From NCBI GenBank assembly GCA_963728205.1, contig CAVSIV010000002.1, positions 64,001 to 128,000 on the forward strand: 64,000 nucleotides of DNA, given 5' to 3'. This document shows positions 9,914 to 20,574 of the stretch, piece by piece. The stretch is from an uncultured Chloroflexia bacterium. Lineage in GTDB: Bacteria > Chloroflexota > Dehalococcoidia > UBA2979. Below the pieces are notes generated by a model, which saw only the letters and a list, made by a program, of their open reading frames with translations, ran no database searches and was not told the DNA's origin. The position numbers and the translations under genes are program-made. Positions within the stretch are counted from its first letter, which is position 1. The number at the start of each line of letters is the position of its first letter.

Positions 9914-12589
9914 ATGGCGGACTCCATGAACAGCTTCGGCGCGCGCGACACGCTTCGCGTCGGCAACGACACCTACACCATCTACCGGCTCGGGCGCGCC
10001 GCCGAGCAGCTCGGCGTGGACATCGATCGCCTGCCATTCACGATCCGCATCCTGCTCGAGAACATGCTGCGCTACGAGGACGGCCTCAGCGTCACCACCG
10101 ACCAGGTCCGAGCCGTCGCGCAATGGGACGCCGCCGCCGAGCCCGATACCGAGATCGCGTTCCGCCCCGGCCGCATCCTGCTCCAGGACTTCACCGGCGT
10201 CCCCGCGGTCGTCGACCTCGCCGCCATGCGCGACGCGATGGCCGAGATGGGCGGCGATCCCGACAAGATCAACCCGCTGCAGCCCGTGGACCTCGTGATC
10301 GACCATTCCGTGCAGGTCGACTCCTTCGGCATCGCCGACGCCTTCCGGATCAACGCCGAGAAGGAGTTCGAGCGGAACAAGGAGCGCTACCAGCTGCTGA
10401 AGTGGGCACAGGGTGCCTTCCGCGGCTTCCGCGTCGTCCCGCCGGATACCGGCATCGTGCACCAGGTGAACCTCGAGTACCTCGCGCCGGTCGTGCTCGC
10501 CGACGAGGCCGGCAACGCCTACCCGGACTCGCTCGTCGGCACCGACTCGCACACCACGATGATCGACGGCCTCGGCGTGCTCGGCTGGGGCGTCGGCGGG
10601 ATCGAGGCGGAGGCGGCCATGCTCGGCCAGCCCGTCTCGATGCTGATCCCGCAGGTCGTCGGCGTGCACCTCACGGGCACGCTGCCCGAGGGTGCGACCG
10701 GCACGGACCTCGTGCTTCGCGTCACCGAGATCCTGCGATCGAAGAACGTCGTCGGGAAGTTCGTCGAGTTCTTCGGGCAGGGCCTCACCGGGCTGCCGCT
10801 TGCGGCGCGCGCCACCATCGCGAACATGTGCCCCGAGTACGGTGCGACGGTCGGCTTCTTCCCCGTCGACAACGAGACGCTGCACTACCTGCACCTGACC
10901 GGCCGCGACGAGGCGATCGTCAGCCGCGTCGAGACCTACACGAAGGCGCAGCATCTCTTCCGCACCGACGCCACGCCCGACCCCGTCTTCAGCGAGGTGG
11001 TCGAGCTGGATCTCGGCAGCATCGTGCCGAGCCTGGCCGGGCCGAAGCGCCCGCAGGACCGCATCGCGCTCAGCGACATGAAGACCGCGGCCCTCAAGGA
11101 GTTCGACGACCAGGTCGCGGCGGGCGGCGGTCGCCGGCCGGTGGCCGTCGAGCAGGACGGGCAGTCGTTCGAGGTCGGCAACGGCTCGGTCGTGATCGCG
11201 GCGATCACGTCGTGCACGAACACCTCGAATCCCGAGGTCATGGTCGGCGCCGGGCTGCTCGCGAAGAAGGCGGTCGAGCGTGGGCTGCACACGAAGCCGT
11301 GGGTGAAGACGAGCCTGGCGCCCGGCTCGAAGGTCGTGACCGACTACCTCGACGAGGCCGGGCTCACCCCGTACCTCAACGAGCTCGGCTTCGAGCTCGT
11401 GGGCTACGGCTGCACGACCTGCATCGGCAACTCGGGCCCGCTGCCCGAGGCGATCGAGAAGGCCGTCGACCAGGGCAACCTCGCGGTGGCCGCGGTGCTC
11501 TCCGGCAACCGCAACTTCGAGGCGCGCGTGCACAACAAGGTGCGCTCGAACTACCTCGCGTCGCCGCCGCTCGTCGTCGCGTACGCGCTCGCCGGTCGCA
11601 CCGACGTCGACCTCTACAACGAGCCGCTCGGCGAGGGCAGCGACGGCCAGCCGGTCTTCCTGCGCGACATCTGGCCAACGCAGCGCGAGGTGCTGTCGAC
11701 GATCCAGTCGTCGATCCGCTCGCAGATGTTCACGTCGGAGTACGGCGACGTCTTCAAGGGCGACGAGCGCTGGGCGGCGCTGGACGCCCCGGCCGGCGAC
11801 CGCTTCGCCTGGGACCCGGACTCGACGTACGTGCGGCGCCCGCCGTTCTTCGAGAACCTCCCGCGCCAGCCGCGGCCGCTCACCGACATCAAGGAGGCGC
11901 GTGTGCTCGCGCTCCTCGGCGACTCGGTGACGACCGATCACATCTCGCCCGCCGGCGGCATCGCGAAGAGCTCGCCGGCCGCGAAGTACCTGGACGACCA
12001 CGAGGTGCCGGTGAGCGCCTACAACCAGTACGGCGCGCGCCGCGGCAACCACGAGGTGATGATGCGCGGCACGTTCGCGAACGTGCGGCTGCGCAACACG
12101 CTGGTCGACCGCGAGGGCGGCTGGACGCGCCACCTCCCCGACGGCGAGGAGATGACGATCTGGGACGCGGCGGAGCGCTACCAGGAAGAGGGCGTCCCGC
12201 TGATCCTGATCGCGGGCCGCGAGTACGGCACCGGATCGTCGCGCGACTGGGCGGCGAAGGGGCCGTACCTGCAGGGCGTGAAGGCCGCGCTGGCGCAGTC
12301 GTTCGAGCGCATCCACCGCAGCAACCTGATCGGCATGGGCATCCTGCCGCTGCAGTTCCGCGACGGCGACTCCGCGGAGTCGCTCGGGCTGACCGGCAAG
12401 GAGCGGTTCGACGTCGATGGCATCGCCGGCGACCTCAAGCCGGGCCAGGCGCTGACGGTGCGTGCGATCGCGGACGACGGCGCGGAGCAGACGTTCGAGG
12501 TGCGCTGCCGCATCGATACGCCGGTGGAGGTCGAGTACTACCGGCACGGCGGGATCCTGCAGTACGTCCTGCGTCAACTGCTCGACTAA
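9914..12589 (+). CDS. acnA: Aconitate hydratase AcnA
   Basis: [42 protein letters not shown] and [10 protein letters not shown] motifs. Confidence 0.97.
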   Translation: MADSMNSFGARDTLRVGNDTYTIYRLGRAAEQLGVDIDRLPFTIRILLENMLRYEDGLSVTTDQVRAVAQWDAAAEPDTEIAFRPGRILLQDFTGVPAVVDLAAMRDAMAEMGGDPDKINPLQPVDLVIDHSVQVDSFGIADAFRINAEKEFERNKERYQLLKWAQGAFRGFRVVPPDTGIVHQVNLEYLAPVVLADEAGNAYPDSLVGTDSHTTMIDGLGVLGWGVGGIEAEAAMLGQPVSMLIPQVVGVHLTGTLPEGATGTDLVLRVTEILRSKNVVGKFVEFFGQGLTGLPLAARATIANMCPEYGATVGFFPVDNETLHYLHLTGRDEAIVSRVETYTKAQHLFRTDATPDPVFSEVVELDLGSIVPSLAGPKRPQDRIALSDMKTAALKEFDDQVAAGGGRRPVAVEQDGQSFEVGNGSVVIAAITSCTNTSNPEVMVGAGLLAKKAVERGLHTKPWVKTSLAPGSKVVTDYLDEAGLTPYLNELGFELVGYGCTTCIGNSGPLPEAIEKAVDQGNLAVAAVLSGNRNFEARVHNKVRSNYLASPPLVVAYALAGRTDVDLYNEPLGEGSDGQPVFLRDIWPTQREVLSTIQSSIRSQMFTSEYGDVFKGDERWAALDAPAGDRFAWDPDSTYVRRPPFFENLPRQPRPLTDIKEARVLALLGDSVTTDHISPAGGIAKSSPAAKYLDDHEVPVSAYNQYGARRGNHEVMMRGTFANVRLRNTLVDREGGWTRHLPDGEEMTIWDAAERYQEEGVPLILIAGREYGTGSSRDWAAKGPYLQGVKAALAQSFERIHRSNLIGMGILPLQFRDGDSAESLGLTGKERFDVDGIAGDLKPGQALTVRAIADDGAEQTFEVRCRIDTPVEVEYYRHGGILQYVLRQLLD

Positions 12590-12659
12590 GGGACGGGCGC
12601 GGGGCGTCGCTCCCGCGCCCGAGCCGATTGCGCGCCGCCGCCGCGGCGCCCGGTGGTGG

Positions 12660-13454
12660 TTGCCGGCCGCCGCCGTCGCGCTGATGCTGGCGCTGGCGGG
12701 CTGCAGCGGCGGGCGCGTGGTCATCTCGAAGTCCGCGCGGCCGGAGTCGGCCGGCGGGCGAACGTCGTACATCGTTCTGGCGTCGGTCGGCGCCGGCGGC
12801 GAGGATGCGCAGCCCGCGGTCGGGCAAACCTACACGCGCGTCGTGGCGCCGGACGACCCGTGGGTGCGCCACTGCTACGACCAGGCGCGGGTCGGCGTCG
12901 GCCTGCCGTACTACTGCGTCAGCGGACGCACGCCGCTCGAGGCGCTCCTCATCGCCCTGTCGCTCCTCCCGGTGATCGTCATCACCTGGCTCGCCGCGCA
13001 CCGCTTCGTCGCGCGACTGCCCGAGCCCGCGCCCGTCGCCGAGACGGGTGTCGGGGACGCCGCAGGGAGCGGGGGCGGCGGTGGTGACTGGCTGCTGTCG
13101 CGACAGGCGCGCGAGCGCTCGGCCTTCGAGGCGGCGCGGGGTCCCGCCGCGCAGGCCCGCTTCGCCACCGGCCGCTATGCGCTGCGCTCGGTGGGGCTGG
13201 GCGCGCTGTACGGCCTCGCGGTCACCGCGGCCGCGAGCGCGGTGCTCGGCTGGCGCACCGCCGACGACTGGGTCGTGCTCGCCGCCGCGGCGCACATCCC
13301 GGTCGTGGGCTTCACCTACATCTGGTGGGCGCTCCACGGCCGGGTGGGGAACCGGCGGCACCTCCGCGCGCTGTTCGCGGTCGGCGGGATGATCGGTCTC
13401 GCCACGGCCGGGGTCGTGCTGCTGCTGCTCGAGGGCTCGCACGCGCTGCTCTGA
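12660..13454 (+). CDS. Hypothetical membrane protein with lipobox (start uncertain)
   Basis: Hydrophobic signal ending LAGC, a Cys pair and about 4 downstream TM segments. It fills the gap between acnA and the CoA transferase. Confidence 0.6.
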   Translation: MPAAAVALMLALAGCSGGRVVISKSARPESAGGRTSYIVLASVGAGGEDAQPAVGQTYTRVVAPDDPWVRHCYDQARVGVGLPYYCVSGRTPLEALLIALSLLPVIVITWLAAHRFVARLPEPAPVAETGVGDAAGSGGGGGDWLLSRQARERSAFEAARGPAAQARFATGRYALRSVGLGALYGLAVTAAASAVLGWRTADDWVVLAAAAHIPVVGFTYIWWALHGRVGNRRHLRALFAVGGMIGLATAGVVLLLLEGSHALL

Positions 13455-13472
13455 CGCCGCCCCACGCCTCTG

Positions 13473-13490
13473 TTCATACGTATGTAATAT
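13473..13490 (+). promoter_or_regulatory. Palindromic operator candidate CATACGTATG next to a -10-like TAATAT
   Basis: AT-rich 10-bp palindrome at 13475-13484 and TAATAT at 13485-13490, about 40 bp upstream of the CoA transferase. Confidence 0.5.
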
Positions 13491-13531
13491 CTCCCCATCG
13501 CCGCGCCGTTGCGCGACGGGGGAGGTCGACG

Positions 13532-14824
13532 ATGACGAACGCAGTGCAGGGGCCGCTCGCCGGGATCCGCGTACTCGAGTTCTCGCAGATCGTCGCGGCG
13601 CCGGTCTGCGGCGTGAACCTCTCGGATCTCGGCGCCGACGTGATCAAGGTCGAGCCGCCGGGCGGCGAGCAGACGCGCCGCTCGGGGGCGGTCGTGCCCA
13701 ACGAGGGCAAGGGTTTCCAGGCGCTGAACCGCGGCAAGCGTGGCCTCGTCGTCGACCTCCAGGATCCGCGCGGGCGCGCGGTCATCCACCGGCTGATGCC
13801 GTCGATCGACGTCGTCGCCATCAACTACCGGCTCGGCGTCGCGGAGCGGATCGGGATCGACTACCGGACCCTCAGCGCGATCCGTCCGGACCTCATCTAC
13901 TGGCAGAACACCGGCTTCGGTTCCGGCGGCCCCGAGGCGTTCCGCGCCGGCTCGGACATCGTCGCCCAGGGTTACTCGGGGCTGATGGTCACCGACGCGA
14001 AGACAAACGACGACGGCGCGCCTGACCTCGTGGCCACGCCGATCGCCGACATCGCGTCCGGCTTCGCGGCCGCGATGGGCATCTGCGCCGCGCTCTACCA
14101 TCGGGCGATGACCGGCGAGGGTCAGGAGCTCGAGACGTCGCTGTTGCGGACGTCGCTTTTCCTGCAGGGCTCGACGGTGATGCGCGAGCCGGCCAGCGAC
14201 GCGGTGCTGCGCGACCCGCTGATGGAGGAGGTCGCGGCGATCCGCGCTCGCGCCGGCTCGTACGGCGAGATCCTGGAGGCGCGCAAGGGACGCGCCGCGC
14301 TGCGCGCGGCGTTCCGGCTCTACTACGGCGCGTACCGCGCGCAGGACGGCGCGGTCGTGCTGGGCGCACTGACGAAGGCGAACCGCGACGCGATGCGGCG
14401 CGTGCTCGGGGGCGAGGACGAGGCGAGCGACGAGGACGCCTACGACGCCTTCGACCCGCTCAGCCTGGAGGAGGCGGAGCGCTGGAAGCAGCGCTATCGC
14501 GCGCTCTTCCGCACGCGGACGGTCGGGGAGTGGGTCGCGCTGTTCGACGCGGCGCACGTCCCGGTGGCACCCGTGCAGTTGCCCGAGGAGCTCGCCGACG
14601 ACCCGCAGGTGGTCGCCGACGGCGTGATGGCGGAGCTGCATCATGCCGTGACCGGCCCGCAGCGCGTCGTCGGCCCGGCGGTCACGCTGACGCGCACGCC
14701 GACCGCCGCGCGGCGCGCCGCGCCGGCGCTGGGCGAGCACTCGGTCGAGGTGCTGTGCGAGTCGGGCATGGAGCCCGTCGAGATCGCGGAGCTGGTCGCG
14801 GCCGGCGTCGTCGTCCAGCGCTGA
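13532..14824 (+). CDS. CaiB/BaiF family III CoA transferase
   Basis: GPLAGIRVLE, LGADVIKVEPP, NRGKR and APALGEHS motifs. GGAGG RBS. Confidence 0.92.
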   Translation: MTNAVQGPLAGIRVLEFSQIVAAPVCGVNLSDLGADVIKVEPPGGEQTRRSGAVVPNEGKGFQALNRGKRGLVVDLQDPRGRAVIHRLMPSIDVVAINYRLGVAERIGIDYRTLSAIRPDLIYWQNTGFGSGGPEAFRAGSDIVAQGYSGLMVTDAKTNDDGAPDLVATPIADIASGFAAAMGICAALYHRAMTGEGQELETSLLRTSLFLQGSTVMREPASDAVLRDPLMEEVAAIRARAGSYGEILEARKGRAALRAAFRLYYGAYRAQDGAVVLGALTKANRDAMRRVLGGEDEASDEDAYDAFDPLSLEEAERWKQRYRALFRTRTVGEWVALFDAAHVPVAPVQLPEELADDPQVVADGVMAELHHAVTGPQRVVGPAVTLTRTPTAARRAAPALGEHSVEVLCESGMEPVEIAELVAAGVVVQR

Positions 14825-14851
14825 CGCGGCGGCGCGCCGCCGCGCGTCAAA

Positions 14852-15715
14852 TCACAGCAGCTTCTGCGCCGCGTTGCAGGCGTCCGTCACGGCGGCGAGT
14901 GCGCGGTCGGCGGCGTCCCAGTGGCCGCTGCGCGCGAACTGCATCGCCACGAGCTCGCCGTTGAGGCACTCGCTCAGCACCGAGATCTGCTGCTGCTGCG
15001 TCTGCGACTGCTTCTGCGCCGAGTCCAGGCCCGCCTGCAACGCCTGCAGGCGGGCCTGCAGCGCCGTGACCTGCGTCGTCGCGGCGTCCAGCCGGCCCTG
15101 CAGGTCGTCACGCGCCTGCTGCAGCGTCTCGGCCTGCTGCTTCGCCGACTGCGCCTGCGTCTGCAGCGTCGCCTGCGCCGTCGCCTTCGCATCGACCGTC
15201 GCTTGCAGTGTCGCGAGCGTGGCCTGGCTGCGCTGTGCGTCTTGCTGCGCGGCGACGGCGTCGGCGCGGGCGCGCGCCGCATCGCTGCGCGCCGCCAGCC
15301 ACGCCGACCCGACGCCCGCGAGGGCGAGCACGAGGGCAACGACGACGACCGCGGCGATCAGGGGGCCCCGCGCACGGCCGAGCGACGCCCGCGCGCGGGA
15401 GGCGACGCCGGCCGTCCACGCCGGAGCGCTCTCCGTCCACCCGGGTCGCTCGAGCTTCGCGGGTAGCGCGTGCCGGAGGGCCGCCGCCGCCGACGCCGGC
15501 GCGTCCCGCAGCGCGGCGGGCGCGCCGCCGCGCGGCCGCGGCAGCGACCAGCGCGGGAGGTGCGCTCGCAGCCGCCGGAGCGTCTCGGTCGAAACCGGTG
15601 GCAGGATGCGCGGGCCGGTGTCGGCGTTGCGGACCTCGTCGGGCAGGTCGGCGCCGCAGAGGCGGCAGAACTCCCAGCCCGCCAGGACCGGCGCTCCACA
15701 TTGCTCGCAGTACAT
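14852..15715 (-). CDS. Zinc-ribbon + single TM + coiled-coil hypothetical protein
   Basis: CEQCG...FCRLCG N-terminus, one TM helix and a Q/A-rich heptad region. Alternative start at 15739. Confidence 0.75.
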   Translation of the reverse strand: MYCEQCGAPVLAGWEFCRLCGADLPDEVRNADTGPRILPPVSTETLRRLRAHLPRWSLPRPRGGAPAALRDAPASAAAALRHALPAKLERPGWTESAPAWTAGVASRARASLGRARGPLIAAVVVVALVLALAGVGSAWLAARSDAARARADAVAAQQDAQRSQATLATLQATVDAKATAQATLQTQAQSAKQQAETLQQARDDLQGRLDAATTQVTALQARLQALQAGLDSAQKQSQTQQQQISVLSECLNGELVAMQFARSGHWDAADRALAAVTDACNAAQKLL

Positions 15716-15863
15716 GGGTCGGACGATCCCCTCGCGCACCCCGCCCTGGAGTGCGGCCGGTCAGGCCGCCGATGGCCGTCGGTACGTGAACGCACGAGCG
15801 TCGCTCACGTTCGGGTTCCGCCCGCGTCGATGGTATCTCGGGAGCGACACCTGTGGCAGCGGG

Positions 15864-17189
15864 TCACAATCCGGGGACACCGGCCGCTGCGGCTCCGCTG
15901 CGCGCCCGCGCCCCGTCGTCTGCGTCGCCGGGCGTCTCCGGCGGCGTCGCGAAGTAGAAGAAGAGCGACCCCAGCCCGGCGAGCACCGCGATGATCGTGA
16001 AGCCGGCCTGGTACCCGCCCGTCGCATCGGCGAGGAAGCCCGCGATCAGCGGCCCGCTCATCAGCCCGATCATGTTCAGCATCGTGGAGAAGCCCATGAT
16101 CATCCCGAACGACGCGCGCCCGAAGTAGTCGGCGCGCAGCGCCTGCATCTGCGGACCGCGGATGCCCCAGGCGAGTCCGTGCAGCGGCACGAACAGGATC
16201 GCCATCCAGATGTTCACGGCGTAGGCGAGCAGCAGCAGCCCGACCATGTGTCCGAGCATGCACACGATGATGATCCGCCGCTTGTTGAAGCGGTCACCGA
16301 GGTAGCCGCCGATCAGCTGCCCGGTGAGCTGCATCAGCGGCAGCGCTCCACCCACGAAGCTCGCCTGCTGCAGCGTCAGCCCGAGCGACCCCGTGAGGTC
16401 GAGCGACAGGTGCAGCATCACGGCGCCGACCACGAGCAGCGCCGACGCGTGCCCGAACCCGATCAGCCAGAACGCGCGCGTGCGCAGCGCCTCGCGCACC
16501 GTCAGGCTCCGCTGCGGCTCGTCGCGTACGCCGTTGCGCTCAGCCTCGGCGCGGCGCTGCTCCGGCGTCACGCCGTCGACGTGCTCGCCGAGCAGTTCCG
16601 GCCGGTGGTGCATCACCTGCGCGATCGGCAGCCCCACGACCAGCACGATCACGCCCGACGCGAACGCCGTCGTGCGCCAGCCGATCGTCGTGAGCGCGTA
16701 CGCGACGATCGGCGTGAGCACGCCGCCGGCCGCGATGCCGACCTGCGCGAGCGAGAGCGCCGTCGCGCGCCGGTGCTCGAACCAGTTCACGATGGTGGTC
16801 GTGATCGAGAGCATCCCGGAGAGCGTCGAGCCGAGCACGACCAGCAGGTAGAAGCCGAAGAACTCGAGCGGCGTGCGCATCTGGCTGAACAGCATGAAGC
16901 CGATGCCGAAGATGACGACGCCCACGCGCATGACGACGCGCGGCCCGAAGCGGTCGAGCAGCCACCCCTGGATCGGCGCGAGCAGCGCGGTCTGCACGCG
17001 GGTGAGCGCGAAGCCGATCGAGAGCATCGACGCGCTCCAGCCGAGCTCGTCGCGCAGCAGCACCGAGTAGTTCGCGAATGCCTGCATCAGGAGCGCGCTG
17101 CGGATCGCGGACATCGACGCTCCGGCGCCGACGATCCGCCAGCCGTAGAAGGCCGGCCGCCGCGGTCGGCGGGGGCGGGGCAGGCGCAT
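15864..17189 (-). CDS. MFS transporter
   Basis: FYGWRIV, GWLLDRFGPR and GYLGDRFNKR motifs with about 12 TM segments. Confidence 0.92.
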   Translation of the reverse strand: MRLPRPRRPRRPAFYGWRIVGAGASMSAIRSALLMQAFANYSVLLRDELGWSASMLSIGFALTRVQTALLAPIQGWLLDRFGPRVVMRVGVVIFGIGFMLFSQMRTPLEFFGFYLLVVLGSTLSGMLSITTTIVNWFEHRRATALSLAQVGIAAGGVLTPIVAYALTTIGWRTTAFASGVIVLVVGLPIAQVMHHRPELLGEHVDGVTPEQRRAEAERNGVRDEPQRSLTVREALRTRAFWLIGFGHASALLVVGAVMLHLSLDLTGSLGLTLQQASFVGGALPLMQLTGQLIGGYLGDRFNKRRIIIVCMLGHMVGLLLLAYAVNIWMAILFVPLHGLAWGIRGPQMQALRADYFGRASFGMIMGFSTMLNMIGLMSGPLIAGFLADATGGYQAGFTIIAVLAGLGSLFFYFATPPETPGDADDGARARSGAAAAGVPGL

Positions 17190-17265
17190 CAGCGCGGCAT
17201 CGGTTCCACCGCCACCTCACCGCGAGCCCCGCTCGCGGGCAAGACGCTGGCTGGATGCGACCGGC

Positions 17266-19815
17266 TCACGACGCCGCGAACTCGCGGCAGCGGATCGCGC
17301 GGTCGAGCTCGTCGATCTGCTCGCGCAGCGACCGGCGCAGCACGGGCATGCTCTCCGGCGTCGCGTCGAGCATCTGCTGCGCGCGCGCCAGCAGGTCGCG
17401 TTCGACGCGGTTCGGGAAGAGCGCGCTGAAGTACGTCTGGCAGAACTCGTTCGGGCGCTGCTCGAAGATGCCGGTGACCTTCTCGAAGAAGCGCTCCTCG
17501 TAGGGGCGCGTCAGGTCGCGCTGCACCCACCACTGGAAGCCGCGCATCGCCGAGGCCGTCAGGTGCAGCGAGCCGTAGCCCTCGCCGTGGAAGCGCTCCC
17601 ACGCCGTCGCCTTCACCGCGGCGTCGGGCCACGACGTCTCGATGCGCCGCAGCGCGCGCTGGCCGCGGTCCGACGGGTCGCGCGCGGCCTCCGCGTCGAC
17701 GCGCGCCTGCGCGCCGTCGAGCCCGAACCCGACGTGCCGCGCCGCAATCTCCCAGCGCATGTCCTGGTCGATGGTGAGTCCCTCGACGGTCAACTCGCCG
17801 TCGGCAAGCCGGCCCGTGAGGCGGATGTCGTCGGGGTTCAGCGCGACGCCGACCAGCGTGCGCGCGAGCGTGATCTGCAGATCGTGGTCGCGCTCCGCCT
17901 GCAGGAGTCGCCACGTCAACTCGAAGAAGCGATGCGCCTCGGCGGCTTTCCGGTCCTCCGGCACGTAGCGCGCAACCGCGCCCGTCATCGAGCCGAGGAT
18001 CGTCTCGACCAGCTCCTGGTCGCGCTCGAACGCGATCTTCTCGCCCGCGAGCGCCAGGTAGTCGGTCGACCGCAGCTGCTGGTCGCGCACCATGTTCCAC
18101 AGCGACTGCCAGATCATCTGCCGCAGCAGCGGGTCCGCGATCGCCTCCAGCCGCCGGCGCAGGAAGTCGACCGACGTCTCGTCGAGCGCGATCCGCGCGT
18201 AGTCGTAGTCGTCGTGGTTGGGGAAGACGAAGCCCGGCGCCGGCTTGCCGACGGCCGCCGGCACGGCCGCGGTCGCGCCGTCGATCGCGGCGGGCACCGC
18301 CTCGACCGTGAGCCCGCCGTCCTGCTCGCGCACCAGCGCGACCGCCGTGCGGTGCGGCCGCAGCGTCGCGTGCGTCTCCGGCGCGGTCTGCGTCAGCGTC
18401 ATCGCGGCCACGCGGTCGCCATCCGCCTCCCACGTCGCCGCGAGCGTGTTCAGCGAGGCCGTCTCCAGCCACGCACGCGCCCACTGCTCGAGGTCCTGCG
18501 GCACGCCCTCGCCGAGCGCGGCGAGGAAGTCGGCGAGCGTCGTGTTCCCGAACGCGTGGCGCTGGAAGTAGCGCCGCATGCCGTCGCGGAACGCGTCCAT
18601 GCCAATCGCGTAGACCAGCTGCTTGAGGACCGACGCGCCCTTGCCGTACGTGATGCCGTCGAAGTTGAGGAACGTCTCGTCGGTGTCGCGCACCTCGCCG
18701 GCGATCGGGTGCGTCGTCACCAGCTCGTCCTGGTGGTACGCCCACGACTTCATCCGCGAGTTGAAGTTCAGCCACGACGTCTTGAAGCGCGTCGCCTCGG
18801 CGAGGCAGAGGTACGACATGTAGCTGGCGAACGACTCGTTCAGCCAGAGGTCGTTCCACCAGCGCATCGTCACGAGGTCGCCAAACCACATGTGCGCCAT
18901 CTCGTGCAGGAAGATCTCGGCACGGCTGAGGCGCTGGGTGTCGGTCGGGGGATCGCGGTAGATGATCCGCTCGTAGTGCGTGACGGCGCCGATGTTCTCC
19001 ATCGCGCCGGCGTTGAACTCCGGGACCGCGATCTGGTCGTACTTCCCGAACGGATACGGGTAGGCGAAGAAGTCCGCGTAGAAGTCGAGCCCCTGCTTCG
19101 TGACCTCCCAGATCTCGTCGATGTCCACGTACTTCACGAGCGACTTGCGACAGTAGAAGCCGAGAGGGATGTCGCCGTGCTGCTCGCGGAACTCGTGGTA
19201 CGGGCCCACGATCAGCGCGAACAGGTATGGGGAGAACGGCACGGTCTCGCGAAAGACGTGCCGCACCCGCCCATCGCCCGCCGCCTCGCGCGACTGCTCC
19301 GGGTAGTTCGCGATCACGACCCACGCCTCGGGGGCCGTCACAGTCACGCGATAGCGCGCCTTGATGTCGGGCTGGTCGAAGCACGGGAAGAGGCGGTGCG
19401 CCTCGTATGGCTCGAAGTTCGAGTAGAAGTACTCCTCGCCGTCCTCGGGGTCGACGAACTGGTGGAAGCCGTCGCCGTCGTGGTTGTAGTCGTGCTCGTA
19501 CTGGATGCGCACGACGTTCGTCGCGGCGAGCGCGTCGGCCGGCAGCGTCAGGCGGTAGCCGGTCCAGTCGGGCGCGTCGATCGCGCGGCCGTTGACCTCG
19601 AGGCGCTCGATGCGCTTGCCGGTGTGGTCGAGGAAGAGCGGGCCGTTGCCCGCGAGCGAGAAGCGGATCGTGACGTCGCCGCGGTAGCCCTCGCGGCCCC
19701 GTTCGAGGTCGATCGCGAGCTCGTAGGAGACGTCCGAGACGCGTCGTGCGCGGTCAGTCGCCTCGTCCTGGGTGAGCACGTCGCGCGCGGCAGGGGTGGT
19801 GGGGGCGGTCGTCAT
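17266..19815 (-). CDS. pepN: Aminopeptidase N (M1 family)
   Basis: GAMEN, HEMAHMWFGDLVT...WLNESFA and DGITYGKG motifs. ATG at 19815. Confidence 0.95.
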   Translation of the reverse strand: MTTAPTTPAARDVLTQDEATDRARRVSDVSYELAIDLERGREGYRGDVTIRFSLAGNGPLFLDHTGKRIERLEVNGRAIDAPDWTGYRLTLPADALAATNVVRIQYEHDYNHDGDGFHQFVDPEDGEEYFYSNFEPYEAHRLFPCFDQPDIKARYRVTVTAPEAWVVIANYPEQSREAAGDGRVRHVFRETVPFSPYLFALIVGPYHEFREQHGDIPLGFYCRKSLVKYVDIDEIWEVTKQGLDFYADFFAYPYPFGKYDQIAVPEFNAGAMENIGAVTHYERIIYRDPPTDTQRLSRAEIFLHEMAHMWFGDLVTMRWWNDLWLNESFASYMSYLCLAEATRFKTSWLNFNSRMKSWAYHQDELVTTHPIAGEVRDTDETFLNFDGITYGKGASVLKQLVYAIGMDAFRDGMRRYFQRHAFGNTTLADFLAALGEGVPQDLEQWARAWLETASLNTLAATWEADGDRVAAMTLTQTAPETHATLRPHRTAVALVREQDGGLTVEAVPAAIDGATAAVPAAVGKPAPGFVFPNHDDYDYARIALDETSVDFLRRRLEAIADPLLRQMIWQSLWNMVRDQQLRSTDYLALAGEKIAFERDQELVETILGSMTGAVARYVPEDRKAAEAHRFFELTWRLLQAERDHDLQITLARTLVGVALNPDDIRLTGRLADGELTVEGLTIDQDMRWEIAARHVGFGLDGAQARVDAEAARDPSDRGQRALRRIETSWPDAAVKATAWERFHGEGYGSLHLTASAMRGFQWWVQRDLTRPYEERFFEKVTGIFEQRPNEFCQTYFSALFPNRVERDLLARAQQMLDATPESMPVLRRSLREQIDELDRAIRCREFAAS

Positions 19816-20151
19816 GCGAACCTCTCTCGCGGCACGGTCAATCGAAGGCGGGAGGTTCGATTCTATCGGAGCCCCCGCCGGGGGCCACCCGGTGAAGTGC
19901 GTGGGCGGCCCCGAACATCGACCCGCGGCGCGGCGAGCACGGGCGACCGATCGCGCAGGGGACGCCGGACGGTACGGAGCGTGGCTCGCCGCCGCGTCGG
20001 CCGGTGCGGCCCCGGTGCCGTGGTTCGGCCGGAAATACGGCGGCCTCGCGGTCCCTGCTCGGCCGGGCGGAGCGGCGCCATGGCCGCGCGCGCGCCGCGC
20101 AGTGGTAGAGTGCCGCCGTCCCCGACGGACGTGATGGATGGAGGAGGCCCG

Positions 20152-20574
20152 ATGGCGACCGCGGACGAACTGCGCGCGAGGATCGAGAAGAACCGCCACG
20201 ATCTGCACGCGGCGATCGAGGCGGCGGCGGCGCGCTGGGACGCCGGCACCGACGACGAGTGGGGCCCGCGCAAGATCGCGGAGCACGCGATCGGCGCGGA
20301 GCGTGCGTTCGCGGGCCGCATCGCCACCGCGATGCAGGGGAAGCCGCCCGAGCGCCAGCCGCTCGAGCTGACCTCGAGCGCCGCGGCGCTCGACGCCGCT
20401 GCCGCGGCGGAGGCCGACTTCAACCGGGTCGCTCGCTACGTCGAGGATCGAGACCTCGCGAAGGCGGCCGAAGTGACGGGCAACTACCCGCAGACCGTCG
20501 AGGGCGCGCTCCAGCTGAGCGCCGATCACCTCGCCGATCACGCCAGGCAGCTGCAGGGGGTCGCGGCGGGCTAG
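20152..20574 (+). CDS. DinB-like family protein
   Basis: GGAGG RBS. EWGPRKIAEH...E and C-terminal HLADHARQL, the DinB His-triad pattern. Confidence 0.7.
   Translation: MATADELRARIEKNRHDLHAAIEAAAARWDAGTDDEWGPRKIAEHAIGAERAFAGRIATAMQGKPPERQPLELTSSAAALDAAAAAEADFNRVARYVEDRDLAKAAEVTGNYPQTVEGALQLSADHLADHARQLQGVAAG

Noticed and set aside
9839-12772. Long antisense and alternate-frame ORFs (also 17563-20574, 54627-59327 and many others)
   Set aside because: These are Arg/Ala/Pro-rich shadow frames typical of high-GC DNA and overlap well-supported genes.
19816-20151. Structured ncRNA in the pepN-DinB divergent gap
   Set aside because: Only imperfect GC-rich complementarity, which is expected by chance at this GC content, and no recognisable motif.
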